Shown: positions 7,611 to 17,275, counted from the stretch's first letter. The stretch: 64,000 nt of DNA from Candidatus Tayloriibacteriota bacterium (GCA_016188455.1 JACPHR010000018.1:5079-69078); one strand, 5' to 3'. A program made the numbers and translations. Notes: generated by a model not told the origin, from the sequence alone.

Positions 7611-9815
7611 TTAAAGGTGGCTGCCCCCCTTTTCTTTTTTGTCAAACAAAGACAGGCCTCCGAGCTGAAGCCAGATAGATGCGATAATCAGCAGTTCCGA
7701 GAAAGTGTACTTGGAGGAATCCAACATTTTGCAGCCCCAGGACGGCGAGGCGAAATCCCGCCAGCCCAAATACATGCAATCGGGCACGAAAGCTAAGATT
7801 AGAGCGACCACGAGCATAAACCACGGAATAGGGTGCATTTTGTCGCTTGACCAAGGGTGGCGGCCGACGGCTAAAGCCGCGAGCGGTATGAGCCAGATAG
7901 TGTTCATGACCCAGGTTAAAGGACCGAGCAAAAGCAAAACCATCAGCACGGCGTACCAATACAAAAACTCCTGCTCCGGCGAAAACTGGGGAGTTTTCAT
8001 TCTGATTTTTTTCAAGCCCAAGAAAGCCAACGGCAGAAAAAACGCCAAGAGGAGAAAAGAAATGAGCGAGGCGGAAATTTGCCAGTTCTTATTTATGTCT
8101 TGCAGTCGCAAGACGATAAAGCGGGAAAGCGAGGCGTTGGGAGAGAAAGAAATTTTAACGTCTTTAAACCAATGCCCGTCTTTGGCAAAGCCGTCTGGGT
8201 GGCCCAGGCCGTACTCACTGTAGTATTTTGCGAAATAACTCTCCGGCAATTTGGCCTCCGCCGGCCCGTTTTCACTGCCATTTTGCACAAAGCGAGGCAG
8301 TTCTTTTGTTAAATAATTTCCTAAGATATTGGGTCCGAGGAACAGTACGGTCAAAACAACGATAGTCGCTCCGCCGAGGAGGTATCCCGCGAGCATTTTC
8401 CACTGTTTCCTTAGAATGAAAAACAAAACCACCAAACCGATATGCAACTTAATCAGGGTGGCGAACGCCCAAAAAAATCCCGAAGCCATTTCGCGGCGGC
8501 TGCCGCTTGAGGCTAGACTGATGGCCGTTAGGGCCAAAAGGAGAGTGAGAGCGTCTATTTGGCCGAGGGCGATAAAGGTTAGCAGGGGGAAAAACAAAGA
8601 AGCGTAAATACCCACCGCCGCGCACTGCCAAAAACGGAGCTTCAGTTTTAAGGCGCGAATAGTAATAAAAATTGACGCCAATAAGCAGGCCAAAGAAAAA
8701 TAAAGCCAAAAAAATTTGGCTGTGCCGTAGGTCATCATGTTTGCCATCAGTTCGAAAGGCACGGCCACCAAGGGCGGATAGATAAAACGGCTGTAGGTGT
8801 AAATGGCGTTCCCGTCCCAAATGGGCGGCTCTCTTACTATGCCGTTTTGGTAAATCGGAAAACCGGCGTTTAAGCTTTGGCCGGCCGTGTAATAAACCGA
8901 GAAGTCTCTTTGGACGCCGTCTTGGCCGAAACGATTGATGTTGCCGTAGAGTCTTATGAGGGAAAATAAGAGGAGCGCGCTCAAACCGCTTGCCGCTATG
9001 ATTTTAAATAAAGATCGCCCTCGCAGGGTATTATTCGCATGAGCGGCATTCGTAGCGCCGCCATCCCCGCTTTTTCGGAAAAGCGGGAGATGTCTTAAGA
9101 AAGTTTTAATGATAAATCTGAGATACCTAAAGCCTTCTCTGGATATTTTCAACTTCGTGGCGCCGTAAATCCTTTCCCCGTATTCAATGGGAATTTCCAT
9201 TATTCTGGCGCCGTTTTCTTTGGCGTAAAACGAAAATTCTATCAAAAAAGTGTTGCCTTTCGTTTTCAGTTTATCTTTGATGGCGTTAAAAACCTTCTTT
9301 TTGAAAAGCCGAAACCCGCTTGAAGTGTCGTAGACGGTAAGTCCCGTTGCCAGGCGCGTTATAAACTGGCTTATAATGCTCAGGAGAACCGGAAAAACCG
9401 GTTTGCCTTTCATCATACTGAACCTGTTATTTACGTATCTTGAGCCTATCACCATGTCAAAATCTTTCATTTTCTTAAGCATCACCGGCAACAATTCGGG
9501 CTCGTAGCAAAGGTCCGCGTCAATGGACGCGACATATTTTTTGCTTGCGGCCTCAAAGCCTTCAAACCAGGCGCCGGCAAGGCTCGGAGGGGGGTCTCTA
9601 AAAATGACTTTCAGTTCCGGAATCAATTTTACTTGCTCGCTGAGATATTCAAAGGAGCCGTCCCCGCTCCGGTCGTCAACCACTATTATTTCCCCGTCCA
9701 GTTGATTTTTTCTGAAGACGGCGAGGATTTTAGGAATCAGTATTTGCAGATTCTTTTTCTCGTTGTAAGTAGGGATTACAACAGATAGTTCTTTTTCCAT
9801 AGTTTTAAACGGCAT
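7611..9815 (-). CDS. Fusion protein: N-terminal GT2 (Dpm1-like) domain plus C-terminal polytopic membrane domain
   Basis: N-terminus LSVVIPTYNEKKNL...IIVVDDRSGDGS (GT2). Residues from about 270 onward are highly hydrophobic multi-pass, resembling DUF2029/GT87-like membrane transferases. Confidence 0.6.
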   Translation of the reverse strand: MPFKTMEKELSVVIPTYNEKKNLQILIPKILAVFRKNQLDGEIIVVDDRSGDGSFEYLSEQVKLIPELKVIFRDPPPSLAGAWFEGFEAASKKYVASIDADLCYEPELLPVMLKKMKDFDMVIGSRYVNNRFSMMKGKPVFPVLLSIISQFITRLATGLTVYDTSSGFRLFKKKVFNAIKDKLKTKGNTFLIEFSFYAKENGARIMEIPIEYGERIYGATKLKISREGFRYLRFIIKTFLRHLPLFRKSGDGGATNAAHANNTLRGRSLFKIIAASGLSALLLFSLIRLYGNINRFGQDGVQRDFSVYYTAGQSLNAGFPIYQNGIVREPPIWDGNAIYTYSRFIYPPLVAVPFELMANMMTYGTAKFFWLYFSLACLLASIFITIRALKLKLRFWQCAAVGIYASLFFPLLTFIALGQIDALTLLLALTAISLASSGSRREMASGFFWAFATLIKLHIGLVVLFFILRKQWKMLAGYLLGGATIVVLTVLFLGPNILGNYLTKELPRFVQNGSENGPAEAKLPESYFAKYYSEYGLGHPDGFAKDGHWFKDVKISFSPNASLSRFIVLRLQDINKNWQISASLISFLLLAFFLPLAFLGLKKIRMKTPQFSPEQEFLYWYAVLMVLLLLGPLTWVMNTIWLIPLAALAVGRHPWSSDKMHPIPWFMLVVALILAFVPDCMYLGWRDFASPSWGCKMLDSSKYTFSELLIIASIWLQLGGLSLFDKKEKGGSHL

Positions 9816-9917
9816 GTTCTTCGTAGGATTTATATTGAAGATTATACCTTACATCATAAATAAAATATCTTCAAATAAGTGTGCTAGACGAGCACATCGG
9901 TGACAGTCCTATTCTTA

Positions 9918-9990
9918 CCTTGAATTACGAAACTCGGTTTCCGCGAAGAGAACTTCATCCCGCGCGCCTTGTCCGGACTGAGGCAAGCCC
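9918..9990. mobile_element. Truncated family-A element (left half only)
   Basis: ccttgaattacgaaactcggtttccgcgaagagaacttcatcccgcgcgccttgtccggac is the reverse complement of the right half of the nadE-internal copy. No matching right end is present. Confidence 0.4.
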
Positions 9991-10091
9991 CCGCACCAAT
10001 TTCACCAAAGATGCGCGAGGGGTTTTGACGAGAGAGGCGGGGATGGACACGCGACAATGCGCGGTATTATGACCCACAGAGAGGGCAGTTC

Positions 10092-10529
10092 TTGAGTCAA
10101 GACCCGCTCCATCTCGCTCTAGGGAATGCACAGCAAGTTAAACAACTGACGGGGCAGGAACAGCAAGCGTATTTGGCAGAGCCACAGAATCTAAATAGCC
10201 ACTCTTACGGAAAAAATAATCCGCTAAAGTTTAGTGATCCAAGCGGATTGTTCTGGTGGTACGGGTTCTACGATTGGACAGGCTACGAGGGTATTCGGGG
10301 GAGTGGCAATGAAAGCAGGAGAAGTGTTTGGTGGCCACAGCCGGGCATTAAATGCCATCCAGTGGTAATTGGTGTAATTGGTGTCAGTAATTGTAATTGG
10401 TGTCATAATTGGTGTCAGATAATTGGTGTCATAATTGGTGTCAGTAATTGGTGTCTAATTGGTGTCATAATTGGTGTCAGGTACCTTTTAGTAATTGGTG
10501 TCAGTAGTAATTGGTGTAATTGGTGGTAA
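10092..10529 (+). pseudogene. Orphan C-terminal fragment of an RHS/YD-repeat polymorphic toxin (NPxxxxDPxGL tip), running into a tandem-repeat array
   Basis: ...QNLNSHSYGKNNPLKFSDPSGL is the RHS core-end motif. No upstream RHS core and no recognisable toxin domain; the ORF continues into 11-bp repeats. Confidence 0.45.
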
Positions 10530-10548
10530 TTGGTGTCAGGTACCTTTT
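10372..10548. repeat. Tandem array of 11-12-bp units (AATTGGTGTCA[T/G]) ending in GGTGTCAGGTACCTTTT (two copies)
   Basis: About 12 direct units read directly. Terminal 17-mers at 10473-10489 and 10532-10548. Confidence 0.7.
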
Positions 10549-10579
10549 ATTTTCCAACATTTCATGATACACTCTCATC

Positions 10580-11260
10580 ATGGGACGAGCACCACGAGTT
10601 GATGTCGGCGGCGAGGTCTATCATATTATAAATCGTGCCAACGGCCGGCAGACAATCTTCCACACAAAAGAGGAGTATTTGCATTTTGAGCAACTTCTCA
10701 CTGAAGCTAAAGAACTGAATAGCATGCGTATTCTTGCCTATATCCTTATGTCAAACCACTGGCACTTGGTACTTCATCCTCACCGTGACGGCGATCTTTC
10801 TGTGTTCATGCAATGGCTTACCTTAACTCACACCCAGCAATATCACTCAAGAACAAAAACGATTGGCTACGGCCATCTCTATCAGGGACGATACAAGTCA
10901 TTTCTCGTCGAAAAAGACAACCATCTTCTCCAGCTTATCCGCTATGTGGAGCGCAATGCTTTTCGTGCTAAACTTGTTAAACAGGCGGAGAATTGGCGAT
11001 GGGGAAGTGCATACCGGAGAACCCAGGGTGCACCGCAAGCAAAAGCATTACTGAGTGATACCATTATTGAGCTTCCCAAAGATTATCTTGAGTGGTTGAA
11101 CGAAAAAGAAGATGCGGGCGCCCTTGCTATTATTCGCCAGTCAGTAAACAAAGGAACCCCATTGGGAGCAGTAAAATGGGTCAAGCGGACAGTTGATAAA
11201 TTTGATTTACTTTTAACCACGCGCTTGCGTGGAAGGCCGAAAGATGAAAAAGGTACCTGA
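10580..11260 (+). CDS. REP-associated tyrosine transposase (RAYT; IS200/IS605-like HUH Y1 transposase)
   Basis: YHIINRANGRQTIF...ILAYILMSNHWHLVL (HuH motif) ...YQGRYKS (catalytic Tyr region). About 226 aa, typical RAYT length. Confidence 0.75.
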   Translation: MGRAPRVDVGGEVYHIINRANGRQTIFHTKEEYLHFEQLLTEAKELNSMRILAYILMSNHWHLVLHPHRDGDLSVFMQWLTLTHTQQYHSRTKTIGYGHLYQGRYKSFLVEKDNHLLQLIRYVERNAFRAKLVKQAENWRWGSAYRRTQGAPQAKALLSDTIIELPKDYLEWLNEKEDAGALAIIRQSVNKGTPLGAVKWVKRTVDKFDLLLTTRLRGRPKDEKGT

Positions 11261-11480
11261 CACCAATTCCTCAATTCCTGACACCAATTCCCCAATTCCA
11301 ATTCCTGACACCAATTCCCATTGGGAGCAGTAAAATGGGTCAAGCGGACAGTTGATAAATTTGATTTACTTTTAACCACGCGCTTGCGTGGAAGGCCGAA
11401 AGATGAAAAAGGTACCTGACACCAATTCCTCTGACACCAATTCCTGACACCAATTCCCTGACACCAATTCCACAGGTTAC
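11247..11480. repeat. Inverted copy of the 11-bp repeat array (TGACACCAATT units) with AAAAGGTACCTGACACC ends, including a 106-bp tandem duplication of the RAYT 3' end
   Basis: 11161-11266 is repeated at 11320-11425 (period 159 bp). The unit orientation is the reverse complement of the upstream array. Confidence 0.65.
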
Positions 11481-11557
11481 TTTTCCCACTAATTACCTAA
11501 ATAATTAATAACGGTATGAAAAACCCACACCTCCTGGAGAGGTGCGGGGTAAGAGGT

Positions 11558-12097
11558 CTAACTCAAGATCGCTTTGAGTTTAAGGATATGCGGGTCATCA
11601 TCCATGTGTCGTCTTGTTACCCGGAGCAGGGTTTGAAGCAAAGAATGCCCGCGAACCTTCCAATTCTCCCGTAACACGCTTTCTTCTTGCGGCGATGAGG
11701 GAAATACATAGACCGCGATATTCCAGTCTTTGCTTTCGGCTACCCGTTTTGCTTTTTCTTTGAGTTCACACAATTTCAGGCGTAGATGTTCTGAAACCGC
11801 GGGAGTTTGCTGAAGTTGCTCAAAGAATAAGTCAAGTGACATATCATAATCCGTGTACAGGTGAAGTCCTTGTTCCATGAGAGACCAATCTCCATCCAAG
11901 AGAAAAGTTAACATGGCAATCTTTCTTATCTGTTCCACAGCAACAATACATGTCTCAAATAAATCCAATCGAAAGGCATGAGAAGGGACTAGCCCCGTTT
12001 CTTCCAGAACATTTTCAAGAATTTCGGATGCCTCTTTCGATTTTTTACTTATGTCAAAAAACTCGGGTATTTCTTCCAGTCGGAATGTGTAGGTCAT
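11558..12097 (-). CDS. Hypothetical protein
   Basis: 179-aa ORF with no recognisable motifs. Confidence 0.35.
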   Translation of the reverse strand: MTYTFRLEEIPEFFDISKKSKEASEILENVLEETGLVPSHAFRLDLFETCIVAVEQIRKIAMLTFLLDGDWSLMEQGLHLYTDYDMSLDLFFEQLQQTPAVSEHLRLKLCELKEKAKRVAESKDWNIAVYVFPSSPQEESVLRENWKVRGHSLLQTLLRVTRRHMDDDPHILKLKAILS

Positions 12098-12220
12098 TTT
12101 CTTCCTTTTTGTTTTTGTGTGTTTTTTGTAGGATTCTTAATACTACTCTAGAACAAGTATACATATTTATTGATATTTGTCAACCTTGGGAGTTTTCTAA
12201 ATGAAACTAGCAAGAAGACC

Positions 12221-13084
12221 TTACTCATTCACGGTGTAGGGATATGACTTTTTATCCGCGACCCCTCTCCGCAAAGCATAGTTTAATATGCCGAGAGTTT
12301 CCAGTTCGGCATATGCTTTTTTTCCTGTTTCAGGCGTCGGCACGGGGAACAATCTTACTTTTGTGGTTCTCGGGAACGGCGGTTGTTTATTTATCATGCG
12401 CATGATTCGCGCTAGATGGGGGGCGTGGGCGACAATCGCCAGTTCTTGATCAGCTTCAAACCCCTGCGGTAATTTTAACGTTTTTACGGTATCCAGAGTA
12501 TTGACGATAGGCTGTTCAGTAGTTCCCCGTATGATGGTCACTTTATCTTCCGGAATAATCGTTCCTTCACGCGAGAGTACGTCCGCGACAGTATCGTTTT
12601 CAAGTTCTACGCCGTTGTAGATAATTTTCGGACCGAACTTTTCAATCATCTCTTTAATTTTTGCCTTCCGTTCCTTGATGCTCGCAAGAGAACCCCTGTC
12701 AAAATTTTCTCCGCTTCTTGCTTCCGCCACTTTCCGCGCAAGAATTGCCGCGTGATTCAGCCGTGCCCGGTCTGCCCACTCCATCCAGGGAAGATTTTTA
12801 TACACCCCCCGCTCTTTTTCCTTGATAGCCGTATCATAAGTTCCCACGCCGGAGTTCACCCAGATTGCGCCGATTTTTTTCGCCATTTCCGCTGGCATTT
12901 CAATTCTGGCTTTTTCTTTTTCGCCAACCTCTTCCAGTCGTTTTATCTCTTCCGCGATTTCGGTAATCAAAACTTTGACTTCGCTTTCGGGCAAGCTTCC
13001 GTAGTCGGCGTGATCCGCGAGTGCTTTTTGGTACAGTTCATCTGGATTGAACTGTTCATTTGTAGAGTTGAGAGATTCTGGCAT
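12221..13084 (-). CDS. Hypothetical protein, possibly DUF218 (YdcF/ElyC-like)
   Basis: C-terminal ...TTEQPIVNTLDTVK...LAIVAHAPHLARI resembles the DUF218 sTxxNA...VTSxxHmpRA pattern. Weak. Confidence 0.3.
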   Translation of the reverse strand: MPESLNSTNEQFNPDELYQKALADHADYGSLPESEVKVLITEIAEEIKRLEEVGEKEKARIEMPAEMAKKIGAIWVNSGVGTYDTAIKEKERGVYKNLPWMEWADRARLNHAAILARKVAEARSGENFDRGSLASIKERKAKIKEMIEKFGPKIIYNGVELENDTVADVLSREGTIIPEDKVTIIRGTTEQPIVNTLDTVKTLKLPQGFEADQELAIVAHAPHLARIMRMINKQPPFPRTTKVRLFPVPTPETGKKAYAELETLGILNYALRRGVADKKSYPYTVNE

Positions 13085-13092
13085 GGATTTAT

Positions 13093-14028
13093 TTAAGACG
13101 AGGAATGTTTCTTATGCCAATCAACCGTTTTCTTCAGTCCTTGCCGAAGGGCAGTTTTTGCTTGGAACCCGATTAGGTGTGATGCCCGACTGACGTCCAA
13201 AAAGCGCTTCAGCTCGCCTTCCGGCTTCGTCGTATCCCAACGTACCGTGCCTTCAAATCCGATGAGAGAGGACAGCAAGGCCACCAGCGCTTTTATTGAA
13301 ATGCCGGCGCCCGAACCGATATTGAGAGGCATCGCCTCATCGTACGACTCCGCGGCGCGGACAATGCCTTCGGTGGCGTCTTCAACGTAAATCAGGTCGC
13401 GCGTCGCCCGCCCCGTTCCCCAGGCTTCTATTTCTTTTTGGCCGCCTTTTTTTGCCTTCATAATTTTTTGGATGAGCGAGGGAATCATATAGCCGCTGGA
13501 AAACTTTTCACCCGGCCCGTAGGAATTCGTGAGAATCACGTGAATTGAATTGAATCCCGTCTGGCGCCGGTACAATTCGCCCTGCAGGGCGACAATCCGC
13601 TTTGACAAGCCGTAGGGGATGCTCGTTTCCAAAGGCAGGCCGTTCCAGAGGGCGTCTTCGCGCAGAGGCACCCTCGCGTCTTTGGGGTATTCTATCACGC
13701 TCCCAACAGTAACGACTTTTTGCGCTCCTGCCCGCCGCGCCGCCTCAAGAAGCTGTATGCCCATCATGAGATTCTCGTAAAAAAGCTCCCCGGGAATTTT
13801 GCCCCTAATGAGCAGGTCTCCGGTATTGGCGGCGCAGTCAAAGACCACTTCTATTCCTTTCGTGGCCTTCAGACAATCGTTCCATATGAGCAAGTTACAT
13901 TCCTTGGAAGACGGAGCAAAAATGCGCTCGTTCGGCACGCCGCGTTTTTTGAGCGTCTGGACCAAGTGAGAGCCGATAAATCCGCCGCCGCCTAGAACGA
14001 GGATTCGTTTGTTTTTCAGGTCGAGCAT
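13093..14028 (-). CDS. NAD-dependent epimerase/dehydratase (GDP-L-fucose synthase-like)
   Basis: RILVLGGGGFIGSHL Rossmann motif, YGLSK catalytic motif, extended-SDR architecture. Confidence 0.6.
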   Translation of the reverse strand: MLDLKNKRILVLGGGGFIGSHLVQTLKKRGVPNERIFAPSSKECNLLIWNDCLKATKGIEVVFDCAANTGDLLIRGKIPGELFYENLMMGIQLLEAARRAGAQKVVTVGSVIEYPKDARVPLREDALWNGLPLETSIPYGLSKRIVALQGELYRRQTGFNSIHVILTNSYGPGEKFSSGYMIPSLIQKIMKAKKGGQKEIEAWGTGRATRDLIYVEDATEGIVRAAESYDEAMPLNIGSGAGISIKALVALLSSLIGFEGTVRWDTTKPEGELKRFLDVSRASHLIGFQAKTALRQGLKKTVDWHKKHSSS

Positions 14029-15007
14029 TGATAGTATATCTTATACCATGAATGACAAGCCAACAACCATATGCTATTTCGGCTTGTATCGCCCCTCGGC
14101 TAGGGCTCTTGAAGGCCGGTACGACCTTCTTTGGGTCGGCTATTTGAGCACCATGGTGGCGCCGCTGGCGCGGCTTTTTTGCCGAAAGCCCATTGTTTTT
14201 AACGCCCTGGACTCTTGGTATGACAGAGCGATTCGCGATAGGGAAATGCATTCAAAGTTTTCTCCGGCGGCGTGGGGCATTTGGCTGTGCGATTTATTGG
14301 CGTTTCATTTGGCAACTGTTGTTTTAGTGGAGAGCGAAGCCCAGAAAAAGTTTTTGGCGAAAGAATTTCACGTCAATCCGAAAAAGCTCGCCGTGGTTTT
14401 TACCGGCGCCGACCCGTCCGTGTTTTTCCCCGACCCGTCCGTTAAAAAACGCGACCGTTTTACGGCCGTGTTCCGCGGCATGTTTTTGCCGGCCACGGGG
14501 GTGGAATATGTGATTGAGGCCGCTCGCATTCTCCGTGACCAGCCGATTGACTTTATCATTATCGGTTGGGGGCCGTTACTTTCCGAAGTTAAGGCCAAGT
14601 TTGCCGCATACGAACTTTCGCATGCGACGCTCATGGCCGAATTTCTGCCGCCGAAAGTTCTGCGGGAGCTGATGCTTTCCTGCCACGTGATGCTCGGTCA
14701 ATTCGGCAACCACCCGCGGCTTCTACGCACCATTCAACACAAGACATTTGAGGCCCTCGCTCTCGGCATGCCTTACATCACCCGCGACTCGGCGAGCAAC
14801 CGCGAACTTTTGACTGACGGCGTCAACTGCCTTTTGGTGCCGCCCGCCGATGCCTCCGCGTTGGCAAAGAAAATCATGCTTCTTGATAACAACAAGGCGC
14901 TCCGAGAAAGTTTGGCGAAGAATGCCCGCGTCACTTACGGGGAAAATTGCAGGGGAGATGTTCTGACCGCTGCCGTTTTGAAACTGCTCGAAACGTTTAA
15001 GCCTTAA
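14009..15007 (+). CDS. Glycosyltransferase family 4 (GT-B)
   Basis: C-terminal GT4 region (...FRGMFLPATGVEYVIEAAR..., ...MPYITRDSASNRELLTDGVNCLLV...). Confidence 0.55.
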   Translation: MFFRSSIDSISYTMNDKPTTICYFGLYRPSARALEGRYDLLWVGYLSTMVAPLARLFCRKPIVFNALDSWYDRAIRDREMHSKFSPAAWGIWLCDLLAFHLATVVLVESEAQKKFLAKEFHVNPKKLAVVFTGADPSVFFPDPSVKKRDRFTAVFRGMFLPATGVEYVIEAARILRDQPIDFIIIGWGPLLSEVKAKFAAYELSHATLMAEFLPPKVLRELMLSCHVMLGQFGNHPRLLRTIQHKTFEALALGMPYITRDSASNRELLTDGVNCLLVPPADASALAKKIMLLDNNKALRESLAKNARVTYGENCRGDVLTAAVLKLLETFKP

Positions 15008-15924
15008 GCTTTGGCGATGGCGCGGATGGTGCTAGAGACATAGTCAATTTGTTTTTCCGTGATAGCGAGGCCCGACGGCAGATAAAGACCGTTTTGCGCC
15101 GCAAAGGCCGCGTTGGGAAACCTCTCCCCGCCGATTATTTCTTTAAGCACTGGCTGTTCTTCGGGCGGATAAAAGAAGTCGCGGGTGTCAACGCCCTTTT
15201 CTTTGAGCTTTGCCCGAAGGGCGTCTTTGCTCAGACCGAATTTCTTTTCGTCCACGAGCGTCGCGTACATCCAATAGACATTTTTAACCCCGGGTTTGGT
15301 GATTGGCAGGCGCAGGCCGGGAATGCCAGCCAGTCCTTTTTCGTAGCTTTTCGCCATCTGTTGTTTGCGCTCAATATATTTCGGCAGATTGGCGAGTTCT
15401 CCGCAGCCGACGGCGGCTTGGAGGTTTCCCAGTCTGTAGTTGTAGCCGATTTCGTCGTGGATGAACCGTTTGGCTTTTGAGAAGCTGTATGACTTCAGTT
15501 GTCTCGCATGCTCCGCCCACTCGTCATTGTTGGTAATAAGCATGCCGCCTTCGCCGGTGCTGATGATTTTATTGGCGTAAAAACTGAAACAGCCGAAATC
15601 GCCCATGGCGCCGCAAAGTTTCTTTTTGTATTCGCCGCCGTGCGCTTCCGCCGCGTCTTCAATAACCCGCAGACGGTGTTTTTTGGCAATTTCTAAAATG
15701 GAGTTCATCTCGCAGGCGTGGCCGTAAATATGAACGGGTATAATGGCCTTTGTTCTCGGAGTAATTTTCGCTTCAATTTTTTTCGGGTCAATGTTCCAGG
15801 TATCAGGCTCGCAGTCCACGAAGACCGGGGTGGCGCCGGTGTACATCACGGCAAACCAAGGCGCCGCCATGGTGAAGGCCGGCACAATCACCTCGTCTCC
15901 CGGGCCCAAGCCGAGCGCGAGCAA
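15004..15924 (-). CDS. DegT/DnrJ/EryC1/StrS sugar aminotransferase, apparently N-terminally truncated
   Basis: Conserved ...ALGLGPGDEVIVPAFT..., ...EDAAEAHG..., FSFYANKIISTGEGG. The upstream in-frame residues (GTNGGAALHVALL) are preceded by a stop about 50 codons short of a normal DegT N-terminus. Confidence 0.6.
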   Translation of the reverse strand: MLALGLGPGDEVIVPAFTMAAPWFAVMYTGATPVFVDCEPDTWNIDPKKIEAKITPRTKAIIPVHIYGHACEMNSILEIAKKHRLRVIEDAAEAHGGEYKKKLCGAMGDFGCFSFYANKIISTGEGGMLITNNDEWAEHARQLKSYSFSKAKRFIHDEIGYNYRLGNLQAAVGCGELANLPKYIERKQQMAKSYEKGLAGIPGLRLPITKPGVKNVYWMYATLVDEKKFGLSKDALRAKLKEKGVDTRDFFYPPEEQPVLKEIIGGERFPNAAFAAQNGLYLPSGLAITEKQIDYVSSTIRAIAKA

Positions 15925-16006
15925 AGCGACATGCAGGGCCGCGCCGCCGTTGGTGCCACATTCTTTTTTGCCTCATCGGATATTACGGATTCGTTTACCG
16001 GTACGT

Positions 16007-17275
16007 TCATTGTGGTTTTTGAATATTTTTTAGCAGGGATTTTTGCCGCTCTTCAATAATTCTCATAATTGTCGCGTTATAATCGTCTTTTGTCCATAGC
16101 GAGAGCCGTTTTTGTCCGTTTAGAACTAGTTTCTTTCTTAGTTCCGCGTTATTCCAAAGCAGGTGAATCTTTTCGGCCATATCTTCGGGAGACTTGGGAT
16201 TTATGAGGAGCGCGGCGTCGCCGGCCTGCTCTTTACAGCCTCGGACGTTTGAATAGATTGCCGGACAATTCATTTGCCAGGCTTCAACCAACGGTATGTT
16301 GGTCCAGCCGAAGTAAGTGGGCATGATAAAACCGGTGGCCAGTCGGTATAAGGCCCCCATCTCTTCATTGTCAACATAGCCCAACAGATAGACCTGGGGT
16401 TCAAGGTTATTTTGTTTAATATACTGAAGCACTTTGTCGTAAGTTCCCCACAGCCCCCGTTTAGAGCCGGCCAGCGCCAGCGGCGCGATTTCATCCCTGT
16501 CTCTTAAGAGCTTGACCGCTTTGAGCAGGTTCAAATGATTTTTATGCGGCCAGAATTGCGCCGGATAAAAAAGAAATTTTTCCGGCAGAGAAAACTTGGC
16601 GGCGATTTGTTTCGCCTTTTGGACCGAGAGGTTGGTTTTAAGGTATTTCGGCGGCAGGGGAGGGAGAATGATGATTTTTTCCGGAGAGACGCCGTAATAG
16701 CGCGTTATGTCTTCTTTGCCGATTGGCGAATCAACCAGAATTCTGTAGGCGCGATTTTTGATGCGCTGATAGAGATACTGGCGCTTTTGCCGCTGGCCCA
16801 GTTTTGAAACTTCCGGAAATCTCGGATTGATGAGATGCTGCAAGTCTTGGATAGGCACGACGGCGGGAATGGGGTTAAGGAAAGACAATTCCGAAGGCCC
16901 ATGAAAAAAAATCAAGTCCGGATTTTCTTTCATGACGGCTTGAGCCCTTTTTTTCGCCCGCCAAGTCGTTAGAAAAATTTCCAGCCGGTAGAGGCGCAAT
17001 TTTTGGAGCATGCCGCGAATGAAGACCGAAAGCCTTCTTTCGGCGGTTTCTTTTTTCGCCGGCCCCGTTTTCGTTTCCGCCGCGCCGCCGCGGCGCATCA
17101 GATTGATGATTTTCCAGTTTGGCAGATTGAAATCGGCGAACGGAAAGTCCGAAGAAACGGTAAAGACGACAAAATCATGCTCTCGGTTTTCCCTTAAGGC
17201 ATCCAAAAGATTCAGAGCGTATTGATATACCCCGCCGCTGCTTTTTAGGCATTCAAAATAAAAACCGATGCGCAT
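16007..17275 (-). CDS. Glycosyltransferase family 4 (GT-B)
   Basis: C-terminal ...GFIMPTYFGWTNIPLVEAWQMNCPAIYSNVRGCKEQAGDAALLINP typical GT4 nucleotide-sugar binding region. Confidence 0.6.
   Translation of the reverse strand: MRIGFYFECLKSSGGVYQYALNLLDALRENREHDFVVFTVSSDFPFADFNLPNWKIINLMRRGGAAETKTGPAKKETAERRLSVFIRGMLQKLRLYRLEIFLTTWRAKKRAQAVMKENPDLIFFHGPSELSFLNPIPAVVPIQDLQHLINPRFPEVSKLGQRQKRQYLYQRIKNRAYRILVDSPIGKEDITRYYGVSPEKIIILPPLPPKYLKTNLSVQKAKQIAAKFSLPEKFLFYPAQFWPHKNHLNLLKAVKLLRDRDEIAPLALAGSKRGLWGTYDKVLQYIKQNNLEPQVYLLGYVDNEEMGALYRLATGFIMPTYFGWTNIPLVEAWQMNCPAIYSNVRGCKEQAGDAALLINPKSPEDMAEKIHLLWNNAELRKKLVLNGQKRLSLWTKDDYNATIMRIIEERQKSLLKNIQKPQ

Noticed and set aside
7541-7625. Possible tRNA-like sequence (GGCCGAGGCATAGGTGGAATTGGCAGAG...) between the antitoxin gene and the GT2-membrane fusion gene
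   Set aside because: No T-loop consensus (GTTCRANYC), no acceptor-stem complementarity and no CCA context on either strand. More likely terminator or spacer sequence.
10372-10548. Tandem 11-bp repeats considered as a CRISPR array
   Set aside because: The period is only 11-12 bp with no unique spacers and there are no cas genes. An inverted copy of the array lies on the other side of a transposase gene, so it is a transposon- or REP-associated tandem repeat.
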